Counted from the first letter of the stretch, positions 39,892 to 49,751 are shown. The stretch: 64,000 bases of DNA from an uncultured Thermoleophilia bacterium (GCA_963765635.1 CAVXXF010000002.1:914411-978410), one strand, 5' to 3'. Notes: generated by a model not told the origin, from the sequence alone. Numbers and translations: made by a program.

Positions 39892-40447
39892 AGCTTCATC
39901 CGGCCCCGCAGACTACGCCCGCGCCTGTGTGGAGAGCGTCGTCCTGGCGCGCCCGTTGCCGCCGCCGGCGAGCCACCCCTTCTTCGCGCGTCGCGCCGCC
40001 TGCTTCGTCTCGCTGAAGAAGCATGGCGACCTGCGCGGCTGCATCGGTACCCTGGAGCCGGCCGAGACGCACCTGGGCGCCGAGATCGCCCGTAACGCGC
40101 GCTCAGCGGCCTTCCACGATCCGCGCTTTCACCGCGTGCGCCCCGACGAACTGGCGGCGCTCACCGTTTCGGTGGACGTGCTCAGCGCGAGTGAGTCGTG
40201 CACGCGCGCCGACCTCGACCCCTCGGTCTACGGCGTGATCGTCCTTGCCGGCCTGCGGCGCGGGGTGCTGCTTCCCGATCTGGACGGCGTCGTGACCGTG
40301 GACCAGCAGGTCGACATCGCCCTGCAGAAGGCGGGCATCGGCCGCGGCGTGGCGTTCAGCGTGGAGCGTTTCACCGTGAGCCGGTACCGCGAGGGCGAGC
40401 CGCCGCGCGACGACGAGGTCGGCGAGCCGCCGGCCCAGTCGGGCTGA
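39884..40447 (+). CDS. AMMECR1 domain protein
   Basis: CFVSLKKHGDLRGCIGT AMMECR1 core motif. Confidence 0.7.
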   Translation: MSEASSGPADYARACVESVVLARPLPPPASHPFFARRAACFVSLKKHGDLRGCIGTLEPAETHLGAEIARNARSAAFHDPRFHRVRPDELAALTVSVDVLSASESCTRADLDPSVYGVIVLAGLRRGVLLPDLDGVVTVDQQVDIALQKAGIGRGVAFSVERFTVSRYREGEPPRDDEVGEPPAQSG

Positions 40448-40448
40448 C

Positions 40449-41414
40449 GTGCCGGGTGCCGCAGGCGCACGACGCAGCGGAGCTCCGCTGGTGATCGCTC
40501 TGTTCGGAGCCACCGCGCTCGGCAAGACGGAGGTGGCGCTCGCGCTCGCCGAGCGCCTTGACGCCGACATCGTTGTGGCCGACTCCATGCAGGTCTACGC
40601 CGGCCTGCCCATCGTCACCAACCAGCCCGACGAGGCGCAGCGCGCCCGCGCGCGGCACCACCTCGTCGGTTATGTGCCTCCCCAGCGCGAGTTCACGGTG
40701 GCCGAGTACGCCGGCGATGCCCACGCGGTCATCGACGGGCTGCGCCACGAAGGCCGCGCGGTGATCGTCGAGGGCGGCTCTGGGCTGTACCTCAGGGCCG
40801 CCCTCGGCGACCTCGAGTTCGCGGCGCCACCGGACGCGGCGCTGCGCCGCGAGCTCGAGGAGCGCTGGGCGCGCGACCCGGACGGAGTGCTGGACGAGCT
40901 GCACCGCCGCGACCCCGCCGGCCTCGCGCGCCTCGACGCCGCCAACCCGCGCCGCGTGGTGCGCGCCCTCGAGGCCGTGCTGGTCAGCGGCGAGCCTCTG
41001 CCGGCCGCGGACCGCGACTACCTGTGGCGACCGGGCGAGCGCTACGCACACACGCTGGTAGCGCTCGTACCGGACGACGACCGCGAGGCGCTCAAGGCGC
41101 GCATCGCGACGCGCGTCGACGAGATGCTCGCCGCCGGCGCTCTCGAAGAAGTGGCGCGCGCCCGCGACGGCGGTCCCCTCTCGCGCACGGCCCTGCAGGC
41201 CATCGGCGTGCGCGAGCTCAGCGCTGTCCTCGACGGCGAACTGAGCCTGAAAGAGGCGGCGGCGCGCATGAAGGCGCGCACGCGCGCCTTGGCCCGCCGC
41301 CAGCTCACCTGGCTGCGCAAGCTGCCGGCGGCCGACCAGGTGCCTGCGGACGGGCGGCCTCCCGAGGCCGTCGCGGAGGACGTACTCGCTCTCGCCGAGG
41401 CACGCCCGTGGTAG
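40449..41414 (+). CDS. miaA: tRNA dimethylallyltransferase
   Basis: P-loop GATALGKT, DSMQVY motif. GTG start 1 nt after the AMMECR1 stop. Confidence 0.85.
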   Translation: MPGAAGARRSGAPLVIALFGATALGKTEVALALAERLDADIVVADSMQVYAGLPIVTNQPDEAQRARARHHLVGYVPPQREFTVAEYAGDAHAVIDGLRHEGRAVIVEGGSGLYLRAALGDLEFAAPPDAALRRELEERWARDPDGVLDELHRRDPAGLARLDAANPRRVVRALEAVLVSGEPLPAADRDYLWRPGERYAHTLVALVPDDDREALKARIATRVDEMLAAGALEEVARARDGGPLSRTALQAIGVRELSAVLDGELSLKEAAARMKARTRALARRQLTWLRKLPAADQVPADGRPPEAVAEDVLALAEARPW

Positions 41415-41452
41415 AGTACTCGCTCGGTTCCAACTCACAGGGGGCGTGACGG

Positions 41453-42322
41453 GTGACGCCAACGTGGCAGGGCCTCGGCAAGGTCCAGTTCTCCAAGTGG
41501 CAGGGCCTCGGCAACAACTACATCGTGGTGCACGCCGAGGAGGTGCCGTTCGACCTCACGGTGGAGCGCGTGCGGCTGCTCTGCGACCGCAACCTCGGCA
41601 TCGGCGCAGATGGCATCATGGTAATCGGTGCGCAGACCGGCGAGGACCGCTTTCCGGTCACGATCTTCAATCCCGACGGCAGCCAGGCCGAGATGTGTGG
41701 CAACGGTGTGCGCATGGTCGCGCGCAAGCTGCAGATGGAGGGCTCACTCAGCGGCGATACGGTGGTGCTCGAGACCGCCGCCGGCGAGATCGTCCCCAAG
41801 CTCGGCGACGGCTACATGGTGACCGTCGACATGGGCATCGCGCGCTTCGGCGGCGAGAAGCTCAGCGGCTTTGCCGGAGACTGCGTCGAAGAGTCACTGC
41901 ACGCCGCCGGACGCAGTTTCACGTTCACGTTCGTCGACGTCGGTAACCCGCACGCCGTGATCCACTCTCCGTGGCCGCTCGAGCTCGTCCCGCTGCACGA
42001 GGTCGGGCCCGTGATCGAGGAGCACAAGCACTTCCCGCGCAAGGCCAATGTGGAGTTCGTCAAGGTCCTCGGCGAACACCAGGCCAAGGTCAGGGTCTGG
42101 GAGCGGGGCGTGGGGGAGACGCGCGCCTGCGGTACCGGCGCCACCGCGACCGCGGTCGCGCTGGTGCGCATCGGCCAGTGCGCGTCACCGGTCACCGTGG
42201 AGCTGCCCGGCGGCAGGCTCGTCGTGGAGGTGCGCCCCGACTGGCGCGTGTTCATGACCGGGCCCGCCGAAGAGATCTACCACGGAGATCTCTCGCGGGA
42301 GTTCCTCGATCACCTCGAGTGA
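41453..42322 (+). CDS. dapF: diaminopimelate epimerase
   Basis: GNNY..., CGNGVR active-site region. The N-terminus contains a 17-bp direct duplication (TGGCAGGGCCTCGGCAA x2). Confidence 0.8.
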   Translation: MTPTWQGLGKVQFSKWQGLGNNYIVVHAEEVPFDLTVERVRLLCDRNLGIGADGIMVIGAQTGEDRFPVTIFNPDGSQAEMCGNGVRMVARKLQMEGSLSGDTVVLETAAGEIVPKLGDGYMVTVDMGIARFGGEKLSGFAGDCVEESLHAAGRSFTFTFVDVGNPHAVIHSPWPLELVPLHEVGPVIEEHKHFPRKANVEFVKVLGEHQAKVRVWERGVGETRACGTGATATAVALVRIGQCASPVTVELPGGRLVVEVRPDWRVFMTGPAEEIYHGDLSREFLDHLE

Positions 42323-42356
42323 CGCCTCCACCGCCGTCCAGGACCCCGGGAGAGCC

Positions 42357-43520
42357 ATGAGATTCTCACAGCGCGTGCAGAGCCTGCCGCCCTACCTGTT
42401 TGCCGGCATCGAGCGCCAGATCGCCGCGCGCCGCGCCGCGGGCGCCGACGTGATCAGCCTCGGCATCGGCGATCCGGACCTGCCCACGCCGCGTCACATC
42501 ATCGAAGCGCTGACTGAGGGAGCCGCCGACCCGGCGACGCACCAGTACCCGAGCAACCTCGGGGAGACGGCGTTTCGCGAGGCGGTGGCCGGGTTCTACT
42601 CCACGCGCTTCGGCGTGGAGCTCGACCCGGCCTCGGAGATCGTCCCGCTGCTGGGCGCCAAGGAGGGCATCGCCCATGTCGGCCTGGCCCTCCTCGACCC
42701 GGGCGACGTGGCTTTGGCCGCCGACCCCGGCTACCCGGTCTACGTCACCGGCCCCATGCTGGCCGACGGCGCAGCTGTGCCGCTGCCCCTGATCCGTGAG
42801 CTCGGCTTCCAGCCCGACCTCGAAGCCATCGCGCCGCGCGTGCTCGCCAAGGCCCGCATGCTCTTCGTCAGCTACCCCAACAACCCCACGGGGGCCGTCA
42901 TCGAGGACGACTTCTTCGTGCGCCTGGTCGCCTTCGCCGCCGAGCACGATCTCGTCGTGGTCCACGACAACGCCTACGCCGACATCACCTACGACGGCTA
43001 CGTGGCGCCGAGCTTTCTCGAGGCGCCGGGCGCCAGAGACGTGGGTGTCGAGATGCTGAGCCTGTCGAAGAGCTACAACATGACCGGCTGGCGGGCGGGC
43101 GCGATGGTCGGCAACCGCGACGTGGTCGACGCTTACTGGCGGCTCAAGACGAACATGGACTCCGGGATGTTCGGCGCCGTGCAGCGGGCCAGCGTAGCCG
43201 CGCTCAGCGGGCCTCAGGACTGCGTCCGCGACATGTGCCGCGTCTACCAGCGCCGTCGCGACCTGCTCGTGGAGGCTCTGCGGACCATCGGCATGCACGT
43301 GGAACCGCCCAAGGGCACCATCTACCTGTGGGCGCCGGTGCCCGACGGCTACACCTCCGCCGGCTTCACGCAGCAGGTGCTCGACCAGGCCGATGTCGTG
43401 GTCACTCCGGGAGCCGCCTACGGTGACGGCGGCGAGGGCTATGTACGGCTTTCGCTGACAGTGCCCGACGAGCGGCTGCGCGAGGCCGTGCAACGTATCG
43501 AGGAGCGGGTACGCATCTAG
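42357..43520 (+). CDS. PLP-dependent aminotransferase class I, LL-diaminopimelate aminotransferase-like
   Basis: Fold-type I aminotransferase motifs (SKSYNMTGWR); follows dapF. Confidence 0.65.
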   Translation: MRFSQRVQSLPPYLFAGIERQIAARRAAGADVISLGIGDPDLPTPRHIIEALTEGAADPATHQYPSNLGETAFREAVAGFYSTRFGVELDPASEIVPLLGAKEGIAHVGLALLDPGDVALAADPGYPVYVTGPMLADGAAVPLPLIRELGFQPDLEAIAPRVLAKARMLFVSYPNNPTGAVIEDDFFVRLVAFAAEHDLVVVHDNAYADITYDGYVAPSFLEAPGARDVGVEMLSLSKSYNMTGWRAGAMVGNRDVVDAYWRLKTNMDSGMFGAVQRASVAALSGPQDCVRDMCRVYQRRRDLLVEALRTIGMHVEPPKGTIYLWAPVPDGYTSAGFTQQVLDQADVVVTPGAAYGDGGEGYVRLSLTVPDERLREAVQRIEERVRI

Positions 43521-43530
43521 GGGCCCTCAG

Positions 43531-44862
43531 ATGAGCGCCGACGCTGCTGCCGTCGACACCGGCGCGACCGCGCCGCGGCCGCGCGTCGTGGTCTTCGCGG
43601 TCATGCCCGGGGGTCACGGTGCGCCTGGGGAAGAGGAGCCACTCAACGAGATCAAGGAGCTGCTGAGCTCAGCCGACATGGACTGGGTCGCCGACGTGCT
43701 CCAGCGCAAGGAGCGACCGCACCCGCACTCCTACCTCGGCAAAGGCAAGCTCGTCGAACTCGCAGAGGCCGTCAAGGAGAGCGGCGCCACAGTGGCGGTC
43801 TGCGAGGACGACCTGAGCCCCGGCCAGGTGGCGGCCGTGCTCGACGCCGTGGACGTGGACGTCCTCGACCGCACCGAGCTCATCCTCACCGTGTTCAGTA
43901 AGCATGCGCACTCCATGGAGGGCACCATGCAGGTGCACCTCGCACAGCTCGAGTACGAGCTCACGCGAATGCGGGGCAAGGGCCACATCCTCTCGCGACT
44001 CGGCGCCGGCGTGAACATGCGCGGCCCCGGCGAGACCAAGCTGGAGGTCGACCGGCGCGTCGTGCGCCAGCGCATCCAGACGCTGCGCCGGCGTATCGAC
44101 CATATGGCCAGGACGAGGCGCACGCAGCGCGCCCGCCGCCTGAACGCCGCGGTACCGCTGATCGCCCTCGCCGGTTACACCAACGCCGGCAAGTCGACGC
44201 TGCTCAACGCGCTCACCGACGCCGATGTCTCTGTGCGCGACAGGCTCTTCGAGACTCTCGACCCCACATCACGCTCGTACCGCTTCCGCGACCGCGACTA
44301 CGTGCTCACCGATACGGTCGGCTTCATCCGCAAGCTGCCACACTCGCTGGTGGATGCCTTCGCCTCCACGCTCGAGGAGACGACGCTCGCCGACGTCATC
44401 CTTGTGGTCGCCGACGCCCATCTCGAGCCCTCGGAGATCGCGGTGCGCGAGCAGACCGTCGCCGAGGTGCTCGACATGCTCGGCGCGCAGGCACCGCGGA
44501 TCGTCGTCTTCAACAAGACCGACCTCGCCGATCCCGACAAGCTCACGCGCCTGCAGGCGCTTTACCCGGAGGCCGAGTTCATCGCCGCTGCCCGCGGCGA
44601 GGGCCTCGGCCGCCTCCAGGAGCGCCTCGCCGACTTCTTCGACCGCGCCCTGCGACCGGTGCGGTTGCTGTTCCCCTACGCCTCCGCCGCCGACATGCAC
44701 CGCCTGCGCGGCATCGCCAGCGACGTCCACGAGGAGCACACGCCCGACGGCGTGGTCTTCACCGCCCGGCTGCCCGTCGCGGAAGCCGGGCGCTACGCGC
44801 GGTACAGTCTCGACGCCACGGTAGATCGAAGACGCCGCAGCCGAGGAAGGGGACTCCGATGA
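43531..44862 (+). CDS. hflX: GTPase HflX
   Basis: HflX N-domain, G-domain (GYTNAGKST, DTVGF, NKTD). Confidence 0.85.
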   Translation: MSADAAAVDTGATAPRPRVVVFAVMPGGHGAPGEEEPLNEIKELLSSADMDWVADVLQRKERPHPHSYLGKGKLVELAEAVKESGATVAVCEDDLSPGQVAAVLDAVDVDVLDRTELILTVFSKHAHSMEGTMQVHLAQLEYELTRMRGKGHILSRLGAGVNMRGPGETKLEVDRRVVRQRIQTLRRRIDHMARTRRTQRARRLNAAVPLIALAGYTNAGKSTLLNALTDADVSVRDRLFETLDPTSRSYRFRDRDYVLTDTVGFIRKLPHSLVDAFASTLEETTLADVILVVADAHLEPSEIAVREQTVAEVLDMLGAQAPRIVVFNKTDLADPDKLTRLQALYPEAEFIAAARGEGLGRLQERLADFFDRALRPVRLLFPYASAADMHRLRGIASDVHEEHTPDGVVFTARLPVAEAGRYARYSLDATVDRRRRSRGRGLR

Positions 44863-45347
44863 GCTCTGAGCTCGCCGACAGAGCACTCGACGGGCCCGGC
44901 GGCGCCACCGTGCCGGTGAAGCTCCTCACGGCCGCGGCGCGCCTGCCCGCACGCGCCTACGAGCACGACGCCGCCTACGACCTCCATGCGGCCGAGGCCG
45001 TCGTCATCGAGCCGCTCGGCCGCGCCGTCGTGGGCACCGGCGTCGCCCTCGGGCTCCCCCCGGGTCTGGCGGCCCTCACGCTGCCTCGCTCAGGGCTCGC
45101 CGCCCGCCACGGCATCGCCATCGTCAACGCGCCCGGACTCATCGATCCGGGGTATCGTGGGGAGGTGCGCGTGATCCTCCTCAACACCGACCGAGACATG
45201 GCGTTTCCAGTGGCCGTGGGCGATAGAATCGCGCAACTGCTGTTCCTGTCATTGACCCGGGTCGATCTGGCGGCCGCCGACGAGCTCGACGAGACTGAGC
45301 GTGGCCCTCTGGGCTTCGGCTCCAGTGGAAGAGGGGAGAGGACATGA
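44859..45347 (+). CDS. dut: dUTP diphosphatase
   Basis: dUTPase motifs (AYDL, GLIDPGYRGEV). Confidence 0.8.
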   Translation: MSSELADRALDGPGGATVPVKLLTAAARLPARAYEHDAAYDLHAAEAVVIEPLGRAVVGTGVALGLPPGLAALTLPRSGLAARHGIAIVNAPGLIDPGYRGEVRVILLNTDRDMAFPVAVGDRIAQLLFLSLTRVDLAAADELDETERGPLGFGSSGRGERT

Positions 45348-45832
45348 CCGAAGACGTCATCCGCGACCCGGCTCCGGACGTCGTCGCTTCTCCGGACAAG
45401 CCTACTATTCGCGTCGCAGGACTTCTCGTGCACGAGGGTCGTATCTTGATGGTAGAGCAGGGGCACGGGGAGGAGCGGTACTGGCTCCTTCCCGGCGGCG
45501 GTGTGCAGTTCGGTGAGACGCTCACCGATGCCGTGCGTCGCGAGTTCGACGAGGAGCTCAGCCTGCGCGTGGGCGTTTACAAGCTTCTGGCGATCGTCGA
45601 GTCGATCTCGCCGGATCCCGGCTACGCCAAACACGTGGTGCACCTGGTGTTCGAGGTGTCGGCGCCGCACGAAGTGGTTCCCGAACCTTCAGACGCCAAA
45701 GTCCTCAGCGCGGCGTTCCTCGACGAGATGCAGTTGCAGAGCGCCGACGTGCGCCCGCCCATCACCGAGTTCCTCAGCAGTTGCGTGCGTGAGCTGCCGT
45801 CCTCGCCGCAATACCTCGGGCGGCGCTGGTAG
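45344..45832 (+). CDS. NUDIX hydrolase
   Basis: Nudix box GGGVQFGETLTDAVRREFDEEL. Confidence 0.7.
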   Translation: MTEDVIRDPAPDVVASPDKPTIRVAGLLVHEGRILMVEQGHGEERYWLLPGGGVQFGETLTDAVRREFDEELSLRVGVYKLLAIVESISPDPGYAKHVVHLVFEVSAPHEVVPEPSDAKVLSAAFLDEMQLQSADVRPPITEFLSSCVRELPSSPQYLGRRW

Positions 45833-46289
45833 CGCGACCCTGTCCTTCGCTCCGGCTGCAGGTTCGCGCTGGCAGATAACGCACGATAATCTCCGTTATG
45901 TAAAGCTAGGCATGATGTGGTGGCGAGGGACCTCTCCGACGGCCCACAGTGCCTGGCCCAGAACACCTCTTCCCCCGACATGCCGTGGTGTCTCGTTTGT
46001 CCGATGCTCGGCAGACGTCACTGCCTGCCGCAGACGTCGCAGCGGCGACGTGCGCGGCGTCCACGCCAACAGGCGGCGTCTTGTCTGCTTCTCGTCACTG
46101 GCGCCGCCACTCCTCATCCGCAAAGGCACTCTGGCGCCCCCCGCTGGGCCCGGCGCCTGGTAGTCCGCGGTGATCAAACACGGTGTGCCCGGTCTGCCAC
46201 ATGCCGAGTATGGCGAATCTGGCGAGCAGGTTCGATTGGGTCACGAAAGCGAGTCAGGCATGACGCGGCGTCGAGTCTGAGCACGAGAA

Positions 46290-46303
46290 CGAACGTATGT
46301 TCG
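46290..46303. promoter_or_regulatory. Cheo/LexA-box-like palindrome CGAACGTATGTTCG, nested in a longer palindrome, in a 530-bp convergent intergenic region
   Basis: Matches the Gram-positive SOS-box consensus CGAACRNRYGTTCG. No obvious downstream gene. Confidence 0.3.
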
Positions 46304-46363
46304 TGCATACGTTGGTGCGTCTGGCGTTCCTGACGGCAGCGCTCCGCCCAAGGGCGGCCGGCG

Positions 46364-46891
46364 TCAGTACTTGATCAGGCTGAAGACGTCGTAGCCCTGG
46401 AGCTTGCTGCGCCCGTCGAGGGCCTCGAGCTCGATGATGAAGGCGATACCGACGACGATTCCGCCGAGCTGCTCGACCATGTCGACCTTGGCGCGTGCGG
46501 TACCACCCGTGGCCAGAAGGTCGTCGTGCACGAGCACATTCTGCCCCGGCTTGATGGCGTCGGCGTGGATCTCCAGCTTGTCGGTGCCGTATTCGAGGTC
46601 GTACTCCGCCGAGATGGTGGCGTGCGGTAGCTTGCCCGGCTTGCGCGCGCAGACGAAGCCGGCGCCGAGGCCGTAGGCGACGGCGGCGCCGAGGATGAAT
46701 CCGCGTGCCTCGGCGCCCATGACCATGTCGATGTGTTTGCCGGTGCCGTACTCGACGAGGCGGTCGACGGCCTCGCGCAGAGCCACGGGATCTTGCAGCA
46801 GCGGCATGATGTCGCGGAAGAGAATGCCTTCCTTGGGGAAATCGGGGATGTCGCGCACGTGCGCGCTGAGGTCCATGCGGCCGTCGGTCAT
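46364..46891 (-). CDS. apt: adenine phosphoribosyltransferase
   Basis: Full APRT sequence (PRPP motif VHDDLLATGGT). RBS AAGGAGAAG. Confidence 0.85.
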   Translation of the reverse strand: MTDGRMDLSAHVRDIPDFPKEGILFRDIMPLLQDPVALREAVDRLVEYGTGKHIDMVMGAEARGFILGAAVAYGLGAGFVCARKPGKLPHATISAEYDLEYGTDKLEIHADAIKPGQNVLVHDDLLATGGTARAKVDMVEQLGGIVVGIAFIIELEALDGRSKLQGYDVFSLIKY

Positions 46892-46913
46892 GTGCTTCTC
46901 CTTGAGGATGCAG

Positions 46914-47647
46914 TCAGCGCGCGCTGGAGCCGCCGGTGAGGCGTCGCACGGCGCGCGCGAGGAGCAGCTGGCGAAGCTGCGTGGTCGCCTGGACGATGTC
47001 GTCGAGCTGCTCGAGGCCTTCGCGGCGGCGCTCCTGGCGGTTGGACTTGAGCGCCGGCAGCAGCACCTGCTCGATGAGCCCGATCTCGCGGTCGACAGCG
47101 CTCTTGACCACGCGCAGGTTCTTGGGCCGCAGGCCGAGCTGCGCCAGCTGAGCGGCGGCCCCCACGATGCCGGCGTCGGTCTCGGTGTAGCGGCGCACTC
47201 CGCTGACCTGCCGGGCGTGCACGAGCTCGATACTCCTCCAGCTCGGAGAGCAGCGCGGCGTCGGCGCCGGTCATCTGCTGGATCTCCTCGGCGGTGTACT
47301 CGCGTTCCTCCCCCACCGCCATCAGGTCGGTCTTGCGCAGCCCCTGACGCGCCGAGGGCAACGCGCTGGCCGGGTTGCGTTCGAGCTCGCGGCGGATGAC
47401 CTTGAGGGGCAGGTATTCGTCGCGCTGCATGCCGAGCACGCGCACCAGGCGCGCCGAAGTCGTCCTGCGAGTAGAGGCGATAGCCGGACTTCGTGCGGCG
47501 CGGCGTGACCAGACCCTGTTCCTCGAGGTACCGCAGCTTGCTGACGCTGATGTCGGGGAACTCGCCGTGCAGACGCTCGACGACGGAGCCGATCGTGAGC
47601 AGCTTCTCGTCGCCGACGTCGAACAGGAGTTCGGCGGCGTCGTTCAC
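46914..47647 (-). pseudogene. MerR-family regulator (Rv1828-like, conserved partner of the FHA protein) split into three frames by two single-base frameshifts (near 47215-47235 and 47445-47470)
   Basis: The N-terminal HTH LLTIGSVVERL...LRYLEEQGLVTPRRTKSGYR, the middle QRDEYLPLKVIRRELE and the C-terminal VDREIGLIEQVLLPAL are each in a different frame. Confidence 0.6.
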
Positions 47648-48102
47648 GATGGGATGATGAACGTGAGCTTGTATTTGCCTATCTGGATCTCGTCGCCGTC
47701 GGCGAGCGTCACGCGGTCACCGCGCCGCCGATTGACATAGGTGCCGTTCAGGCTGCCTTCGTCGACGATGACCCACTCGTCGCCGGCGCGCTCGACGAGC
47801 GCGTGGTTGCGCGACACGGTGACGTCGTCGAGGAAGATGGCAGCGTCCGGGTGGCGGCCGATCGTGATGCGTTCGCCGCGCAGAGGGTAGGTCTCGCCGG
47901 CGCGGCCGCCGCCGCTGCGCATGACCAGGCAGGCTTCGTCACCGGCGACGGCGGCGAGCGCGTTGGGCTCGCCCTCTTCGTCGCCGGGGAGATAGCTCAT
48001 GGTGGTGGCGGACTCAGGCTGATCGGCGATGAGACTGGCCCCACAGCGCACGCAGAAGCTTGCTCCCTCTGAGTTGCGAATGCCGCACTCGGGGCAGAAC
48101 AC
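47644..48102 (-). CDS. FHA-domain protein with N-terminal zinc ribbon (GarA/OdhI-like)
   Basis: CPECG...CVRCG zinc ribbon, FHA motifs (TIGRHPDAAIFLDDVTVSRNHA, GSLNGTYVN). Confidence 0.7.
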   Translation of the reverse strand: MFCPECGIRNSEGASFCVRCGASLIADQPESATTMSYLPGDEEGEPNALAAVAGDEACLVMRSGGGRAGETYPLRGERITIGRHPDAAIFLDDVTVSRNHALVERAGDEWVIVDEGSLNGTYVNRRRGDRVTLADGDEIQIGKYKLTFIIPS

Positions 48103-48103
48103 T

Positions 48104-48382
48104 TCAGCGCTCCCCAGGATCCTCGAGGGCGGGCTTGGCGTCCTCCGGCCCGAGGCCGGCGAGGATGCGTGAGAGCCGCTGCACGTCGTCGGCGGAGATG
48201 ACGGGCTCCCCCAGATTGTGCTTGTGCTGCAGCCGCATCACCAGTTCGGCGCGCAGGATGTCGAGCTTGCCGTGCAGAATGCGGCGTCGCCGCGAGATCT
48301 CGAGCTCCTCGGCCTCGAGCTCGACGACCAGGGCGCGCAAGTCGTCGTCCGATCGCGAAACGAGGTCGACGATATCGTCCAT
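48104..48382 (-). CDS. hypothetical small coiled-coil protein
   Basis: ORF downstream of the FHA gene; start assumed at the internal Met MDDIVDL. Confidence 0.3.
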   Translation of the reverse strand: MDDIVDLVSRSDDDLRALVVELEAEELEISRRRRILHGKLDILRAELVMRLQHKHNLGEPVISADDVQRLSRILAGLGPEDAKPALEDPGER

Positions 48383-48451
48383 GGCGCATCTCCTCCGCGT
48401 GCGTGAGGTCTGGGGTGCAGATGGTACCCGACGCGGTCTCAACGTTCAAGC

Positions 48452-49039
48452 TCAGGTTGAGGTGCCCTCCAGGTCAGTTTCCTTTGTCTTGTCGACCTTG
48501 CGGCCCGTCTTGACCCGAACGACGTGGCGAGCGGCGAGTCTCTGCAGAGTCCTGAGAGCATCGTATTCGTCGGCGTCTCCGCCCGACAGGAGGCCTTCGA
48601 CGATGTCGCCGAGGGGCCGTGCCTTGCGGCCGCTGTAGTCAAGCACGCGTGCCTCAAGCTCGTCCTCCGCCTCCCCGCCGATCAGCTTGACGCGTGCCGA
48701 CGCCGGCAGCTCGCAGCGCAGCCGGCGCAGCTCGTCGAGACGCCGCATGCCTTCCATGAGCAGCGACTGCGTGGGAAGGTCGCAGTTCTCGTCGTCGAAC
48801 TCGGCGGCGAGCTCGAAGTCGAAGGCGCCGTCGCTGAGGTCGAGCAATGCGTAGAAAGCCTTCTCGGCGCCGAGCTCACCGCACACGGCGCCGACGAGGC
48901 GGCCGTCGCGAAAGGCGAGTTCGCCGACCGTCGCGCCGTCTTCGTCGAACAGCGTGAGACGGCCGGTCTTGCCGCCCAGCGAGGTCATCTCGATGACGTC
49001 GGCCAGGGGCAGCTCGGCGAGAGTGCCCTTCAGGCCCAT
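48452..49039 (-). CDS. DUF4388-domain protein
   Basis: GTLAELPLADVIEMTSLGGKTGRLTL matches the DUF4388 signature. Confidence 0.5.
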   Translation of the reverse strand: MGLKGTLAELPLADVIEMTSLGGKTGRLTLFDEDGATVGELAFRDGRLVGAVCGELGAEKAFYALLDLSDGAFDFELAAEFDDENCDLPTQSLLMEGMRRLDELRRLRCELPASARVKLIGGEAEDELEARVLDYSGRKARPLGDIVEGLLSGGDADEYDALRTLQRLAARHVVRVKTGRKVDKTKETDLEGTST

Positions 49040-49255
49040 GTGCGACTCGGGTCGTGCAGTCATCGCGTGTGCCTCGCCATCCTGCTGGTAGCTTCGCAGC
49101 CGCGAGCCCCGTTCCTGCAGTAATGGCTCATGCTTTGCCACCCGGGCGACGATAAAGGGGACGCGGAAGTAGTCTGGAACGGGCTTGGCCTGGTATATAC
49201 TTCGCTGGCCGCGGGCGCGCAGGGTCGTCGGCGGTCTCGACCTCGAGGAGCGTGC

Positions 49256-49741
49256 GTGGCGCGACGCAAGGGACTTGTGATCAACGACCGGCAGCTCGAC
49301 CGCTGCGACGACCTCCTGATGAAGCTCAAGGAGGTCTCGGGCTCGAGCTTCCTGGCCCTCATCAGCACGTCAGGCCAGCCCATCACCACGGCCTCCGACA
49401 CGTACCATCCCGAGACGCTCTCTCTGGCTTCTCTGGCGGCGAGCTCCTTCGCGGCCACCCAGCAGCTCGCCAGCATCCTCGACGAGCACGAGTTCACCCT
49501 GCTCTTCCACGAGGGCAAGTCGCTGAACCTGCACGTCTCCCAGGTCACCGACCAGGTGCTGCTCATCGTCACCTTCGGGCGCGAGACCCAGGTGGGCAAG
49601 GTGCGCCTGTACACGCAGCGCGCCATCGAGGTCCTTCGGCAGATCTTCGACGGCCCGGAGGACGAGAACCCGCCGGTCATGGACGTCGACTTCGAGAGCG
49701 CTGCCGGCGACGCCATGGACGACATCTTCAAGGACGGGTGA
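49256..49741 (+). CDS. mglB: Roadblock/LC7 domain protein, MglB-like GTPase-activating partner
   Basis: Roadblock fold signature; sits immediately upstream of mglA. GTG start after CGAGGAG. Confidence 0.6.
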   Translation: MARRKGLVINDRQLDRCDDLLMKLKEVSGSSFLALISTSGQPITTASDTYHPETLSLASLAASSFAATQQLASILDEHEFTLLFHEGKSLNLHVSQVTDQVLLIVTFGRETQVGKVRLYTQRAIEVLRQIFDGPEDENPPVMDVDFESAAGDAMDDIFKDG

Positions 49742-49751
49742 CGCCCTCCCT

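Noticed and set aside
45917-46333. 138-aa ORF (and the antisense 93-aa ORF) in the nudix/apt spacer
   Set aside because: Arg/Cys-rich junk-like translation with no RBS; judged non-coding.
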